Source of the DNA: Phyllosticta citribraziliensis
Taxonomy: Eukaryota
Assembly (NCBI RefSeq): GCF_038025025.1
Contig: NW_027117346.1
Location: forward strand, 682,001 to 746,000
Direction of reading: 5' to 3'
DNA length: 64,000 nucleotides
Position 1 is the first letter of the stretch; every line of letters begins with the position of its first letter. The translations under genes were made by a program, and so were the position numbers. Below the pieces are notes generated by a model. The model was not told where the DNA came from. It was given only the letters and a program-made list of their open reading frames with translations, and did not search any database. Below are positions 1 to 13,190 of the stretch, piece after piece.

Positions 1-801
1 ACCAATCAGAGATTCCATCATAAAAGTCTTGTTGGGTTGGTTCCCTGGTGGACTTTGCGTGAGGGAAACCATTGCGTGTGCCTGACAATGTTGTTGGCAG
101 GAGTAAAAGTTTTCGAAGGGCTTGTTCTTTCGGCATAGGTATCTGGGATCCAAAGTTTCCTTCAGGTAGTTCCACGAAAGGCCTGTGTGATTGCAGATGT
201 GTGTGAGTCCATTCTGGCCTCGACACTTACGCAACTTGACCGGATAATGAAGCTGGATAATCGAGAAATGGTCCTTTGTATGCAACTTGTGGCAACCCGC
301 ACATGCCCGCGTTTCGGGGTCCTCGTTGTGTAACTCGCTCTTGTAAGCCCTGGAAAATGCATCCCGATTTAGGTATCCGGTGAAATCTTTCTGGGTAATA
401 TAATCTTCAGGCGCAACATGGGGAATGATTGCCCGGAGTTCCTTGCAAGTTGCTGCCAAAGAAAGGGATGAGCCATGCGGCAAATATCGGTTTATGTTGA
501 GAACCAATTCTGGTGATAAGTTCCCCAAGTGAAATCTGTCCCGAGGATCGTCGATCTTGAATTGCTCCAATCGCCTGACCATTTCATCGATTTCTTCTTC
601 AAAATGGGTGTCCGGAAGTGGGTCCAAATCCATGTATGTGGGAACACCAGTCAAGTCAAATTCCCCAAATTCTCTCAACAGAATTTTCGAGTTGGCTGGC
701 AGAGCTTGTGGAGACATAGTGGTGCTCTTGTCGTTGGTGGGCTCCATATTGCAGTTAGATGCTGGGTAGAAGTAGGGGCGAACTCGGGAGGCTTTAGGCA
801 T
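1..801 (-). CDS. F-box domain protein (3' end runs off the window)
   Basis: Manual translation shows a stop-free minus-strand frame from 900 to 1, with the first ATG at 801. It contains F-box-like LGNLSPELVLNINRYLPHGSSLSLAATCKELR followed by a Cys/His segment (RACAGCHKLH...KCRG...HICNH). It is absent from the ORF track, presumably because no stop lies within the window. Confidence 0.75.
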   Translation of the reverse strand, partial: MPKASRVRPYFYPASNCNMEPTNDKSTTMSPQALPANSKILLREFGEFDLTGVPTYMDLDPLPDTHFEEEIDEMVRRLEQFKIDDPRDRFHLGNLSPELVLNINRYLPHGSSLSLAATCKELRAIIPHVAPEDYITQKDFTGYLNRDAFSRAYKSELHNEDPETRACAGCHKLHTKDHFSIIQLHYPVKLRKCRGQNGLTHICNHTGLSWNYLKETLDPRYLCRKNKPFENFYSCQQHCQAHAMVSLTQSPPGNQPNKTFMMESLIG

Positions 802-3150
802 TGTGGAGACAGGCCTGAGGGCAGAAGTCGTTTTCAGTTCGGCGATGGATATACTTTGAATTTGACCTCTCTCATTCAAGTGTTGGGGTTGACCGGGTTC
901 CTAAACTAGCGCGTCCGGCGTTGGTCGGGGGGAGTCGTTATGTGGCCGTGAACCAGGCATGATTTGGAGCGTCATTGTTGAGCCAGGAAACAGCCAAAAA
1001 GCTTTGTCAGAGCCTGTTAAACCAATTCATGACCAGGGAGGATGGCACTCTCCATGATCAATCACCTAATTGATGATGAAAAAGGTGAAAATGCGCGAGC
1101 ACGCGAGTAAAGGAAAAGCGCAAACGGCATGGCTTCATAACGGCAAGATGCGCAGACGGAAGCATATCAGAATCGTAGATCTAGAGAGATGTAAAAGGAT
1201 GGACACAAGGGGTAGTCGAGTGGTAGCGCGTCCCACAACTTGGCACTCGCTTACTATACCCGTTTGGTCAGGGCAAGCAACGGAACCACGGAAGCTGCGC
1301 GCGTCGTGACGCGACACCGCGATTCAACAACAGAACGTCATCTGTCGCCTCCCACCGTCTTTCGCACCCTAAAAATCGTCCATCGGCCGTCTTCCAAAAA
1401 CGCAAGCTTGCAACACTGCAGTGTTCAGTACCGGGCTCGCAGCTCTCCCTCACGAATCGAGTATCACCGCCCAACCGACGCGCTACGACTTCTTGGGCTT
1501 CCGGGGCGTCCGGCTCCCCTTGGCAGACTCATTTCTTGATCATCACTTGATTTGCAACGGTTTTGACAGGATCAAACTATCCGAACCACAGGCATGGTGG
1601 GGTGCGTAGCATGCGCTGCTCGATCGCCGGAGGCTTGCCGTCTGAAGACACTGTCTAAAGTGTTATGTTCACTACATTTCCCGTCAGATCATCCTGAAGC
1701 ACATGTTGCACTATTGGAAGAATTTGAAGTGCAGCTCATCCAGCTAATGTCCAAATGCGGAACCGCGTCCTCTAGTCGTCAGTCAGATCAGGTTGGAAAG
1801 CCTTCATCTGAACATCTGAAGTCGCGCTCTCGAACTAGCATCCCAGGTCCACGACGAATGTGCATGAAAACCAGCGAAAGCACGAAAGACAATGCAAATT
1901 TAGTGGCCTACCAGCACTGAAAGCCTCGACTCGCTGCGCACGCCACAACCCTACGCCAGGCGCAACTTACCAACTTGGAGCCTTGCTGGCATGGATGGGT
2001 TGGGAAACTAGTGTCGGCAAGTCCCTTTGTGGGCAGACTTTGCGACTGTTTGGGGGTGTTATAAATCTCTGACGACAGCGGTTCCGGCCATAGTTGCCAA
2101 GCGATGATCCGACACCACTCGCACACAATCGCGCCTTCCAACAAGCAAGCTGCGCGAACAGGACGCCGATTGTGCTTACGTTGCGTTGCAATCTGGTGAT
2201 GCAAAATTCGGATTCAGCGGAACGCCCGTTTCGCTTCTCTGAATATCCTCTTGACATCTAGCTCTACATCAACTTTTTGCCGTAGTCAGCCATGGTTCAG
2301 TTCAGCTCCAACAACATGGGCTCTTGTGCTGGTGGAGACTGAAATCTCGGTGTTTGCGATCCTCGGTCACGGCAGATGTCTTGACTCGGCCTCAGAATGT
2401 GATAAGGCTGAACAGTTGCAAAAGACGTCATAAGGGATTAAGTGTTCCTGGTTATGGTCCAAGGGTCAAAGGATCATTATCCTGCGCTTCGAACTACTTG
2501 ATGGCAGGCCCTGGATGATGACTTTCATCAAGAGATAAGCGAATAAATCATCGCAGCAGTCGCTCATTTGTTCAAAGCTCTCTGCCCGCCATCAACTATT
2601 CTATCATCTTGCATGTCGCAATACTGGACCTTAATGAGCTGGAGAAATCCTGGTCAGCCGCTCTTCAGGTACGATTACGAGTCTCGCGCTACCATTCCCC
2701 GAGCTGCGAATGCTTAGCAGAGCTGATTCTTCGAGATGAAAGTTGGACTTGCTTGCTCAAGAACTTCCCGGGCTTCCCCATTGCCAACGGCCATTCCTTG
2801 GGCTTGCAAGGTATATCATTGGTGCGTGGCTCTCAGCGCCGAAGACGCCCAGCCCAGATCCTCGCGGACCCGCTACCTTCTTCGGGGAAGTGACTTGTTC
2901 CTCTCAGCCTAGCAGAACCAGCTCCCACGAAAATGGTAACTACGTCGTCCCGACTAGCCCAGCCTGGAAACCTCGGTTTGTTGTCGAGTCCGAACGCAAT
3001 CAATTTGAGTCCTCCAAGAGACCGCAGTCGGTACCATGTGTCCTGTGCACAATGCGAAAAAGACCTTTATGTACAGACTCTTGTCTTAGTTGTTGTACAG
3101 CCAGTTATCGCTCTTTCAGCTCGTCACTCGTTCAACCACTCACGTCGGAT

Positions 3151-4848
3151 ATGCTTTCGAAACTTTCTTTCCTAGTTTTTGGGCTTTCCCACGTTATAAT
3201 TGTCCAGGTCGCGGCAGCGCCACAGCCGCCACAACAACCGCCCCAAGAACCCCGGGTAGACCTGCCATGCGGTCCTGTCATAGGAAAGCGAGACCCAAGT
3301 CTCCCAGTGAATAGCTTCTTGGGGATTCCATACGCTGCCACACCTCCCAAACGGTTTACGCCGCCGGTGGATCCGGCTTCTTGGAGACAGCCTTTGAAGG
3401 CAACTGACTACAAGACGACGTGCCCGTCCTTGTATCGTGGTAAGTTCTTTGTACCTGTTTGTCGATCCAAAGTCCCGCGCTCACTGGCATCAGATAATGT
3501 GACCACAACCCTTTATAACACGCCCCCACTCGACGATAGCGAAGATTGCCTCTACGTCAACGTGTTCGCTCCAGCCAGCCCGGCTCCTCCGGGTGGACGA
3601 GCTGTTGCTTTTTGGATCTATGGAGGCAACTATGAATTCGGCGGTTCCCAGTTCCGCAACTACGATGGCAAATACCTAGCTGCGTATGAAGATCTTGTCA
3701 TGGTTACGTTCAACTACCGGACAAGCTGTACGTTTCCCGAATTATTGCCTGGTGAAAACTAACAGTGGTCACCAGTTCTCGGCTTCACAATGTCGCCAGA
3801 CATGCCTCTCGAGGAGCAAAATTTGGGATACTTGGACATGCGGAAAGCCTTGGACTGGGTCCAAAAAAACATCATGTTTTTCGGAGGCGATCCAAGAAAA
3901 GTAACCATATTTGGTATCTCCTCTGGCGCCATATCAGTGAAAGACCTCGTTGCATACCCACCCCAACCAGTTCCGTTTCGAGCCGCATACTTTCAGAGTC
4001 GAGAACCGGGCCAGTTCCAGCCGAGTGACAGTTGGGCCCGATTAGCCAAGGAGCTGAAGTGTCCAGACACTGCGCGGGAGCGGCTCGACTGCATGGCCCG
4101 CCAAGACTACTCCCAGGTGTTCGCTGTCATGCTTCAAAAGTCGATACGCTTTGCCCCTGTTTACGACAGCAAGACGACGGCCAAAAGCCTGGTATGGAGA
4201 ATTCAACAAGGAAAAGCGGCCAACATCCCCATCTTATACAGCGCTATGTACAACGACGCCGCTGTTTTTGTTCTGCCACGATCGACGTACCAGCCCGTCC
4301 TTGACCAGGATCCCAAGATGACGGCTGAGTACGCCATCCGGCAGCACGGTGGTGATCCGAGCAAGGTGCCTGACTTTGTCAAAGCTTATAACGTCGCGCC
4401 GCGGCCGGATCCAGAACGAACTCGCGCATCTGTGGCCAAGATTTACACGGACGCACAGTTTATTTGCCCTGCCGAGGGCCTCACGCGCGCAGTTGCTGCT
4501 ACTGGCCAAAAAGCTTTTCGATTTGTCACAAACGCCACGTTTCCCAACACGCAGTACATCCCGTACATTGGAGATGCGCACCACACCGCGGACACCCCGG
4601 AGATATGGGGGACGTATCCTAGGGACGGCGCAACTGAGCAGCAAATCAAGCTGAGCCGGTACATGATGCGCTCTTTCGCCAACTTCGTCAAAAACCCTCA
4701 AAAAGGACCTGGATGGCCAGATGTCACCTCGGGCAAGGTGCAGCTGCTGGGTAGTAATGGTGACTTCGGTGGCTACCCGGTGGAAGAGTCGGAAATAGAT
4801 TCGAGGTGCGCCATCTTCCGGGACGCTATCGCTGCGGTAGGGGGTTAA
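3151..4848 (+). CDS. Secreted carboxylesterase type B (cholinesterase/lipase-like alpha/beta hydrolase), 2 introns
   Basis: Signal peptide MLSKLSFLVFGLSHVIIVQVAA. Motifs FLGIPYA, SEDCLYVNVF, WIYGG, NLGYLD, FGGDPRKVTIFGISSG (GxSxG) and AHHTAD. GT-AG introns at about 3440-3493 and 3728-3775. Confidence 0.92.
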
Positions 4849-5792
4849 GCATGATGAAAGTGTTTTCCAGCATCGAGGAACTGCGCAGGCAGCCAGTTTT
4901 TGTTACATCAGCGGGGAATATGTCACTCTCGACATACTTTTTAGGTGTCTGAGATTTCAAAAGATCAGTGATGTTTGAAAGACGCGCCGGGAACTATTTT
5001 TGCCATGTTTGCTGAGATGTTTGCCGCAGGTTCCGCCATTCTCATGACACGAGCGTACTTGCCAAGTTCGACGCCTCCGCACACAACTAAGTTAACCTAG
5101 GCATTTACGCAGTGCTCCACAAAAGCTTGTCGGTTGTGATCAACGATGGAGGCTGAAACAAAGCATTGCGCAATTCTTTCCGTTTTCCAGAACACGCAAG
5201 GCTTCTGCTGGAAAGCCATGGCACAGCAAGTGCCGCAGCTAGTCTGTGGTAGCGGTAAGAGTGCGTGCGACTAGCAGTTTGGTTGCAGACCAGTGCGGCG
5301 GGGTTTGGTTTTAAGCTTTGAAAACAGCGGCTGATCCCTACCCCGTGTTTTACGCCGCAGATTGCAGTATTCAAGCTTTGAAAACTACCGCATTGGGAGA
5401 CTCGGCAGCAAGATAAACTGCCAAAATGCAGGGTTGACCTGCCAGTTTCTGACGTGGACCGGTTAAATCCGCGTTGACCAGTCGCGTGCTTCCACTAATG
5501 CTTGCAATACAAGCAATGGATCAGCTGGTCGGCAATGGCGTCCTAAATTGATATACACAAAAGGTCGCCGATGTTTGCTTTTGCCGATGAGGCGCTTTCT
5601 CCAACAGCGGCAGGCGTAAGTTCACCATCTTCCCTCTTCTACGCCCTCGATCAATTCCAAAGACTTCCATGAAGCACCCGAAAACCGAGGATTCAACATA
5701 CCGGCTTCAAAGGGAAGGCAAGAGCGACAGTCCCAAATGTCCACGTTCCCTGCCGTCCTCTTGCTAGCTGCGGCCCGGACAGAAACCCCTCC

Positions 5793-7846
5793 ATGCTCGA
5801 GCCTCCTGCTTCAACAGACGACCCATCGTCCCATCCTACACAGACATCTTTTGAACTAGTACCTGCACCAGCAAGGTGCCACTTTTCGCATGACCGCGAC
5901 GAGTCGATGGAGGAGCGCGGTTCATCTTGCAGCCTGCGAGATGGAAAGAGGGCGTGCGATGCAAAGACTTCGAGCGAGAGGCTGAGCAGAAGCAATATCG
6001 AGCTTTCCTCGTATGAGCTGGCAACGGCCAATCAAGTAGACTGGGAAGTGGGCGATCCGGGAAACCCAAAGAACTGGACTCGGTGGAGGAAATGGGGTGT
6101 AAGTTGGGCCATTGATGCGATTATCGAAGCGCACTGACAAGCGCAGGTCACACTTATTGTTTCCGCATTCGCCTTTATCTCGCCTCTCTCTTCGTCCATC
6201 TCCGCACCGGCCCTTTCGCAAATCGGCCAGGAGCTCGACATTCCAGAAGGCTACCGACTCCAAATGGTCTTGTCAATCTTCATGCTGTCTTACGCGGTAG
6301 CTCCGTTGGTACTATCGCCATGTTCCGAAATGTTTGGCCGCACGCCCATCATTCGCTTTTCCAACCTCATCTTTGTCGCATTCAACACTGCTTGTGGATT
6401 CTCTCGGACTGAGGCGCAACTTACGGTTTTTCGTCTTCTTGCTGGATTCGGAGGTAGCGCAACACAAGGCGTGAGTCCATGGAATGTCCAGTTTGAACAC
6501 GCGCTGACTGGCTTTTCAGATGGGCGGCGCAATGATCTCGGACTGTTGGCATTCTGAGGAGCGCGGACGAGGCATAAGCATATATCAACTGGGCCCTTTG
6601 CTTGGCCCTGCAGTTGGTCCATTTGGTAAGTCTTTCAACTCCGGCCTAGAGAACAGCACTGAATCATGTCGAAGTTGGTGGCTTTATTGTTGAACATACA
6701 AGCTGGCGCTGGACATTCTGGGTAACTTCCATTGTCAACGTTCTCATTCAAATTCTCGGACTCTTCTTCCTTCGCGAAACCTATGGACCACGTCTTCTCG
6801 CCCTGAAAGCACGCAGGCTCCGACATGAAACTGGAAATCCGCATCTGCACACTGCACACGAGGCGCGCTATCAGGGGTTCTCTGCACATTTGCTCAACCA
6901 TCTAACCAGGCCATGGAAGCTCTTCTTCTCTAAAATGCTGTTGATGATACTTGCGATACACACAGCGTACAATTACGGCACCATCTATCTGATCATTTCG
7001 ACGTCACCAAACCTCTGGAAAGACCACTACCACTTCTCACCCTCAAGGGCCAGTCTACACTACCTCTCCCTCGCTCTGGGAACGCTGCTTGGCTCCCAGC
7101 TCTTCGGCCCCGTATCCGATCGCCTGTACCGGTGCATCACGAAACGCTACGCACCGAGGCAATGCGACCGTGGAGCATTGCAACCATCTCGCTCGCCATC
7201 TCCTCCTCCAACTTCAGGAACCGAGCACAGCCAGACGCCGCTGAACGGCAGCAGTAAAAAAGACGACAGCGGCAGATGCAGCAACGCTAGCATCAGCCAT
7301 AGTCGACTCGGCAGCGTCGAGACGAACGGTCCACCGCCGTGTCCCCTGGCACGCCTCCCGCTCGTCCCCTTTGCCGCGCTCCTCACGCCCCTCGCACTGC
7401 TCCTGTTTGCGCTCACCGCCGCCGCGCGCGCCCCTGTGCCCGTCCCAGACGTCGGCGTCTTTTTCTTCGGCTTCGGCAGCATCGTGGCGTACCTCTGCCT
7501 GCAAACCTACATTGTCGAGGCCTTTGGAATACATGCGGCGAGCGCGGCAGCAGGAGCGTCGGCCGTGCGCAACCTTGCGGCTGTGGTTGTACCGTTGTGG
7601 GGACGAGGGCTGTTGATAGGGGGCATGGGGTGGGCAAAGGGTGGCGCGCTCATGGCTGGAATAGGGGGCTTCTTGGGTCTTGTTGCTGTGGGTGCTTCTG
7701 TGTGGTTTGGGTGGATCAGAGGGATCAAAACGTGGACGAAAGTGGACCTTGGTCGAGGCGGAGCTACGGACGAAGCGGAGGTGAGGTGTTGTGGATGTTC
7801 TTGGTTTTGCTCCGACAGCGGCAGTAGAGGGGTACGGAACGTTTGA
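5793..7846 (+). CDS. MFS transporter, DHA1 (drug:H+ antiporter) family, 3 introns
   Basis: VDWEVGDPGNPKNW, LSPCSEMFGRTP, FRLLAGFGGS, ERGRG..YQLGPLLGPAVGP, WRWTFW, ETYGPRLL and AASAAAGASAVRNL. Introns at about 6099-6146, 6471-6519 and 6626-6673. The start codon is uncertain. Confidence 0.88.
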
Positions 7847-8463
7847 CCAGATCAGGAGGGACCGGATGGTTTCTTCATTTTGCGATGAGGTTGTCCACAA
7901 AAGACGGATTTGAGTTGTTTTTCTGGAATCACCCAGTGTCACGATGTAGAGGACCCAGCACATTGGTCCATTTACGACATATGTATAGATGACGACGACA
8001 TGTAGCCCATACAAATAAGCACAAGCATGTATCAATTCGGCTCGCAGGCTATCTCTTTCGAATCCAATGGAAGAGAATGAAGCTCCCATCCGACCATCGC
8101 AAGATTCTCAACCAAACTGCCTTCATTGCACTTCCAACTTCATTGCACTTCCAAGGGGTAACCTCACATGCGCCCCGTCTGTTTCAAATTCCCCGCCGTA
8201 CACAGAGCAAAACAGAGCTCCAACCTAAAGGTCGAGCAACAACCGACAGACATCCGCTCATCAGAAATCCAGACTGGAGACACACCCGACCCGACATGCC
8301 CGTCCCGGCTCAGCACTTTGAAAACATACTTTTCGGGTCCTGGACGGAACGGCCGAATCCGTCTGCATGCCGGCACGCTGCGAGGATCTTCAGGTCGGCC
8401 AAACTCCTGGTGTCTCTTCTAGCAAATGAGATGTCTGTGAATGGAGAAAATTGACCAGAGCGT

Positions 8464-9942
8464 CTAAGGGGCGAAAACGAGAAGTGAAATGGCGACAGAC
8501 GTTGTTGGTTGCGCTTCTTGGCAGCGTCTCTGCTGAACTCCATACCATCGGTGTTCAAACTTTCTGTGGCTTGATGTCATATGGCTTTCGTCTCGGGACG
8601 GCTTGGTTTGAGAAGATGCCTGGAAACTCCCAATCCCTGGAGCGCTGAGTTGCGCTGATGATCTGGCTGCTGTTGCGACGGCGGCGCAATGTCCATAGTA
8701 TTTGGATACTGCCGAGTTTGTGCCCTCAGGAAAGCATTTCGAAGGTCCCACCGAGGACGTAGTTCGCACAGGACGTGTCTTGTCAGTGCTGGATCTTCGG
8801 TCGGGGTTCTGGCAGCGTCTGAAGTGGTCCAAGATATCGGTCAAGTCTTGATGCCGAAAACATGATTAGCGGCACCTGGAGGTGCGTGGCTCGGCTTTGT
8901 CAGACTATCGACTGCCGTTGAGCGAGATGTGACGATGCTCGACGATCCAGACTCCCCGGTCTTGAAGCCTTTCTGTCGGTTCCGGAATGGCTAGAGGACT
9001 TTGTCCACCACGGTCAGCCTTTTAAGCTCGGGGAAGCTGAACAATGGAGAGTCGAGCCATGAAGACAGAAAGTGGTGAATGGACACTTACCACTTATACA
9101 ATGAAGCGCATGTCGAAAGACGAGCTCCATGAGAGTAGACTGTCTCGGAACGAAGTTTTGGCATCCACAGGTCAAACCCCACCCCAGCACCCCCTTCGCC
9201 GTGGCGAAACGTTCCCGATGAAGCTATCGCGTGCACTTCGTTTTCCTGCTATAAATCCAAACGGCTCAGTAAGGCCTGTCGCCAGTGAAAATTGTTTCTT
9301 GAATGTGTACTTACGACTAGCATCTTCATGGCCACGACCTTCCAGCGCCTCCAAAGCCTTGGCTGTGTCACATTGCCTCCTAGCCTTGGCCTCCTCCTCG
9401 GTTTCCTTCTCGCCGTTGCTCTCTCCGTCGACATCCTTGGCTTGCTCAACCTCGTGGTGAAAATCACCTTCCAAGCTCTTCAAAGTTTCGTTGCGCCACC
9501 ACACCTTCGTCGTTTCCGGATCTTCATTTGCATTCAACGGGCCTACTTGGAATCCAACAGCATTGAGGATTTCTGCTTCCAGTGGTGAAATCTCGCTGTC
9601 TTCGCAGCCAGTCCCCACTTGATGGCTGCGGTTGGCTCGACGTTGGCTCCGAGGGTCATGATGCGGCTGCTTTGGAGACGTGGGTAGTGCTTCATGATGC
9701 TCGAATATCCAGTGATCTTTGGTTGGCTGGTGGTCTTCGGCTGTCTGGAACTCGATGGTTGCTTCGCAGTACTTCGTTGCATCGTAGAGTCCACTTTTCA
9801 TACCGTTCATGTCGTCTTCAGCGACAAAGTCGACCCTCTTGCCAGATTTTCACTGGACATGTTCCGAGCGGGGTCGAGTGGAAATGTTGTTTTCGTCCCT
9901 TGCATTTCTTTCCGAAGTCCAGGCCGGCCCCGCTCCAAACAT
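8464..9942 (-). pseudogene. Possible decayed hypothetical gene
   Basis: The 212-aa ORF at 9172-9810 has protein-like composition. Its frame continues upstream to an ATG near 9942 through a single TGA. Downstream there is a GTAAGT...CAG intron-like segment (about 9037-9090) and fragments interrupted by stops. No family was recognised. Confidence 0.3.
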
Positions 9943-10494
9943 GCAGACTGCTGATCGCTATAATTAGTAGCCAGATGGATGGCGTGAGCCCAGGCAGGCC
10001 ATGTTGGAATGGCTCAATAAACCTTCTTGGGCCATGGTCTGCAATGCGACGAAGTTGGGGGAGGAATGGGGGCGATCAAGAGCCACGGCGCGTCGGCCTT
10101 TGATCGCGAAACTCAAACAGCATCAACCGCAGAAACCACACCTCGGCCCGAAAGGCTCGAATCATTCACTTCAAAGGAACAAATTAAAACATCCAGTATA
10201 TTGTTGGCGATAAAGAGAAAATATGGGACCTCCAACGTGGAAAGTGTGCCACAGATACCTCAGCCAATACCCTCACACAGTTCTGTTAGGAGAAAGGCAT
10301 TGGAAGCGGAGGAGTGGCGTGCTTCTCTGGTATCAAAGCAAAGACAAGACGTCTAGACATTTGACGATTTCCAGAGGCGATTTGCTCTTCGCACACAGAC
10401 TCGATCAACACGTCATAGAATCTCGTCCATCATGAGATGTAGAGTGGCGTGTCGGCTCAAAGGTGGGCGGTTCAATAGGATGCAAATCTGCTCA

Positions 10495-11615
10495 CTAGCC
10501 TTCATTGGCGGTAGCAGTTGAGGGAGGGTCGTCTTCGTCATCTTCGTCGTCGCCTCCAATGTCCATGACTCGATCTGAAGCCTTTTCCAGTGTACGACGA
10601 GCCACTACTCGAACAGCTTTCCACAGACCCTGCACAATTAGCAAAAGTTCCAATACCGCCATGTACGACTTACGTATAGGAAGGTTGCAACACCGATCGC
10701 GACAGCAAGCCAGCTTATGTTTGCCAGCCTGTCACGACCGGTGTTACCTGTGCGGACGGTGCGGCCGGAGTGCACAACGATCCGGGGTTGAAACAACCGC
10801 AGCGGATTTGTCAAGAGGAATTTGATGAAACTCAGCAGCCCCAAAGACGTGAATCCTTTGATGAAATGCAGAGGCCATCCTTCAATGAAGTCTTCAACGG
10901 GGAACTCTTCTGAAGGTACTGGATACGTATCGTAATCCGTACCAAAAAAGATGGTTGTAACCGGACTTTGGTACAGATTGATGATTGGGTCAGCAATGAA
11001 TCCAAGGAGAAAAATGGCCACGAGGAAGACGAAAAGCGTCAGGACGATTTGAGCGGCGGAACTGCTGAGGTAGGCTCCCCACGTCATCCGCTCCAAGCGG
11101 TATTTGAAGCCACACGTGGGACACTGCCAATAATTTCTCCGCCCATACGAAGGATCGGCGTGGCGCCAGCCTTGAAGGCAGCCGTCGTGGACATAACGAG
11201 ATGAGCCTCTGCATTTGCAAGGGCTGATCAAGCGGCCTTCTTCGGATTCGTAGGTCACCTTGGGTGCAGCAGACTGGAATAGACCAGGAAGGTTTTCAGC
11301 AATGGGATGAAAGGTAGGCAAGACGGTCTCTAGGCAGATTCGGCAGGTCCGAGGTTTGTAATGCCTTTTCCGTTGCTGTTGTTTCGGTGACTCTTGGGCA
11401 GCATCTTGCTCTTTCTCGGTCCAAGGCGGATTGGGTAAGGAGTCCTCTTCTTCGGTCTCGTAGCTTCCTGGGACATTACCTGGCGATGTTGACCGTCGGC
11501 GCCGGCGGAATGAGCCCTTTTCCGCAAATGGCGAGCTTTCATCGCCAGCCGTGGAATAGGCTCTGTCTTGCGAGTGTGTCCAGCCAGGGACGTCTTCGCA
11601 TTCGTTTGATGCCAT
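10495..11615 (-). CDS. RING-CH (RINGv/MARCH-like) membrane E3 ubiquitin ligase, 1 intron
   Basis: CRICLE...LISPCKCRGSSRYVHDGCLQGW...CPTC (C4HC3) followed by hydrophobic TM segments. Intron at about 10630-10673. The last exon reads GLWKAVR...ANEG*. Confidence 0.9.
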
Positions 11616-12138
11616 GTCTTGTTGGTACAGATCGAACGGGGTGCAGGTTGGTTGTGGACAAAGTACAAGGGTCGGAGAGCACTGAGGGGGAAACCTTGAA
11701 GTTGTGGCCAGGGTGGCGTCGAGTGAGAGATGCCTAGAGAACAAAGATCGGTTTATATTAGGCAGGTGCAGACAAAACTGCGATACAGGTCGGATCAAGG
11801 TGGAATGTTGAGCCCACGAGCATTTCTGGGAGCATTATGGGCCGGGGAGTTGACCATGCAGAATTGTGGTGTGGGTGTTGGGGCGACGTTGAAGGTGGAC
11901 GAAGAAAATGGCCACTTTTTTCTGGGCGGAGCCGCCCACGTGACCGTCTTGGCCCGCGCGAGCATCCGCGTAACGGAAGCTTGCCTACAGCTCCGACCTG
12001 AGCTACCTATCGACAACAGCTTCACACGTCGTCGCCTTCCACCACTCGCTCACTTCCTCCAACGCCGCTCACAGTCGGCGATTCTTCATCGCTCTTCTCT
12101 TCTACGCCGTCGTCTTTCCCCTCGTCCAAGCGCTCAAC

Positions 12139-13190
12139 ATGGCCGACCGTTACTCCTTCTCGCTCACAACCTTCTCACCCAGGTCAGTCCTGTCATAAGC
12201 GCTTAGAAATTGTCAACGTGCTAACCCTTGGAATAGTGGCAAGCTGGTCCAGATCGGTATGCACCATATTCGTGGTTGAACATGTGGTTGAAGAGAGCAC
12301 CGCTGACGACTTGCGCAGAATATGCCCTCAACGCCGTCAACCAAGGTGTGACCTCATTAGGCATTAAGGGTAAGCTGCCCATCAACCGGGCCAAACGGAA
12401 CCAGAGCTGATCAGATCTGCAGCGACAAACGGCATCGTTTTGGCAACTGAGAAGAAGTCGTCCTCGCCGCTCATTGACGCGCACTCGTCGTCCAAGATCA
12501 GCCTAATAACACCAAACATTGGAATGGTCTACTCGGGCATGGGTCCCGACTACCGCGTTCTCGTCGACAAGGCGCGCAAAGTCTCGCACACGGGCTACAA
12601 GCGCATCTACAACGAATACCCACCAACGAGGATATTGGTTCAGGACGTTGCACGGGTCATGCAGGAGGCCACGCAGTCTGGTGGTGTGCGGCCCTACGGC
12701 GTCAGCTTGCTGATTGCGGGCTGGGACGATGGCATCGAGCCGGAAGAACAGGCCAAGGAGGGCGAGTCGGAAGCGGAGAAGACCAAGGCCTCTGGAAAGA
12801 CGGGCGGCATCTTGAAGGGCGGGCCCAGCCTTTACCAAGTCGACCCCAGCGGCAGCTATTTCCCGTGGAAGGCCACTGCCATCGGCAAGAGTGCAACGAG
12901 CGCAAAGACTTTCTTGGAGAAGCGCTACACGGAGGGTCTTGAGCTTGAAGATGCAATCCACATTGCTCTGCTCACCTTGAAGGAGACCATTGAGGGCGAG
13001 ATGAACGGAGATACTGTGGAGATTGGTAGGTTATCGAATCAGAGCGCGAGGTTCTTGCTGACATTTTGCAGGCATTGTTGGCCCGCCGGAAGACCGCCTC
13101 CTGGGATACGAGGGAGTTGAGGGCGCTACGGGACCGCGCTTCCGGAAGCTGAGTCCTCAGGAGGTCGAGGACTACCTGACGAACTTGTGA
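12139..13190 (+). CDS. PRE8: 20S proteasome subunit alpha type-2
   Basis: The spliced product reads [31 protein letters not shown]...[15 protein letters not shown]...[10 protein letters not shown]...[16 protein letters not shown]. It has 4 introns and a micro-exon of about 20 nt (12237-12256). Confidence 0.97.

Noticed and set aside
2743..3150. Long N-terminal extension of the carboxylesterase ORF
   Set aside because: It starts at a non-ATG codon, and the signal peptide begins at ATG 3151.
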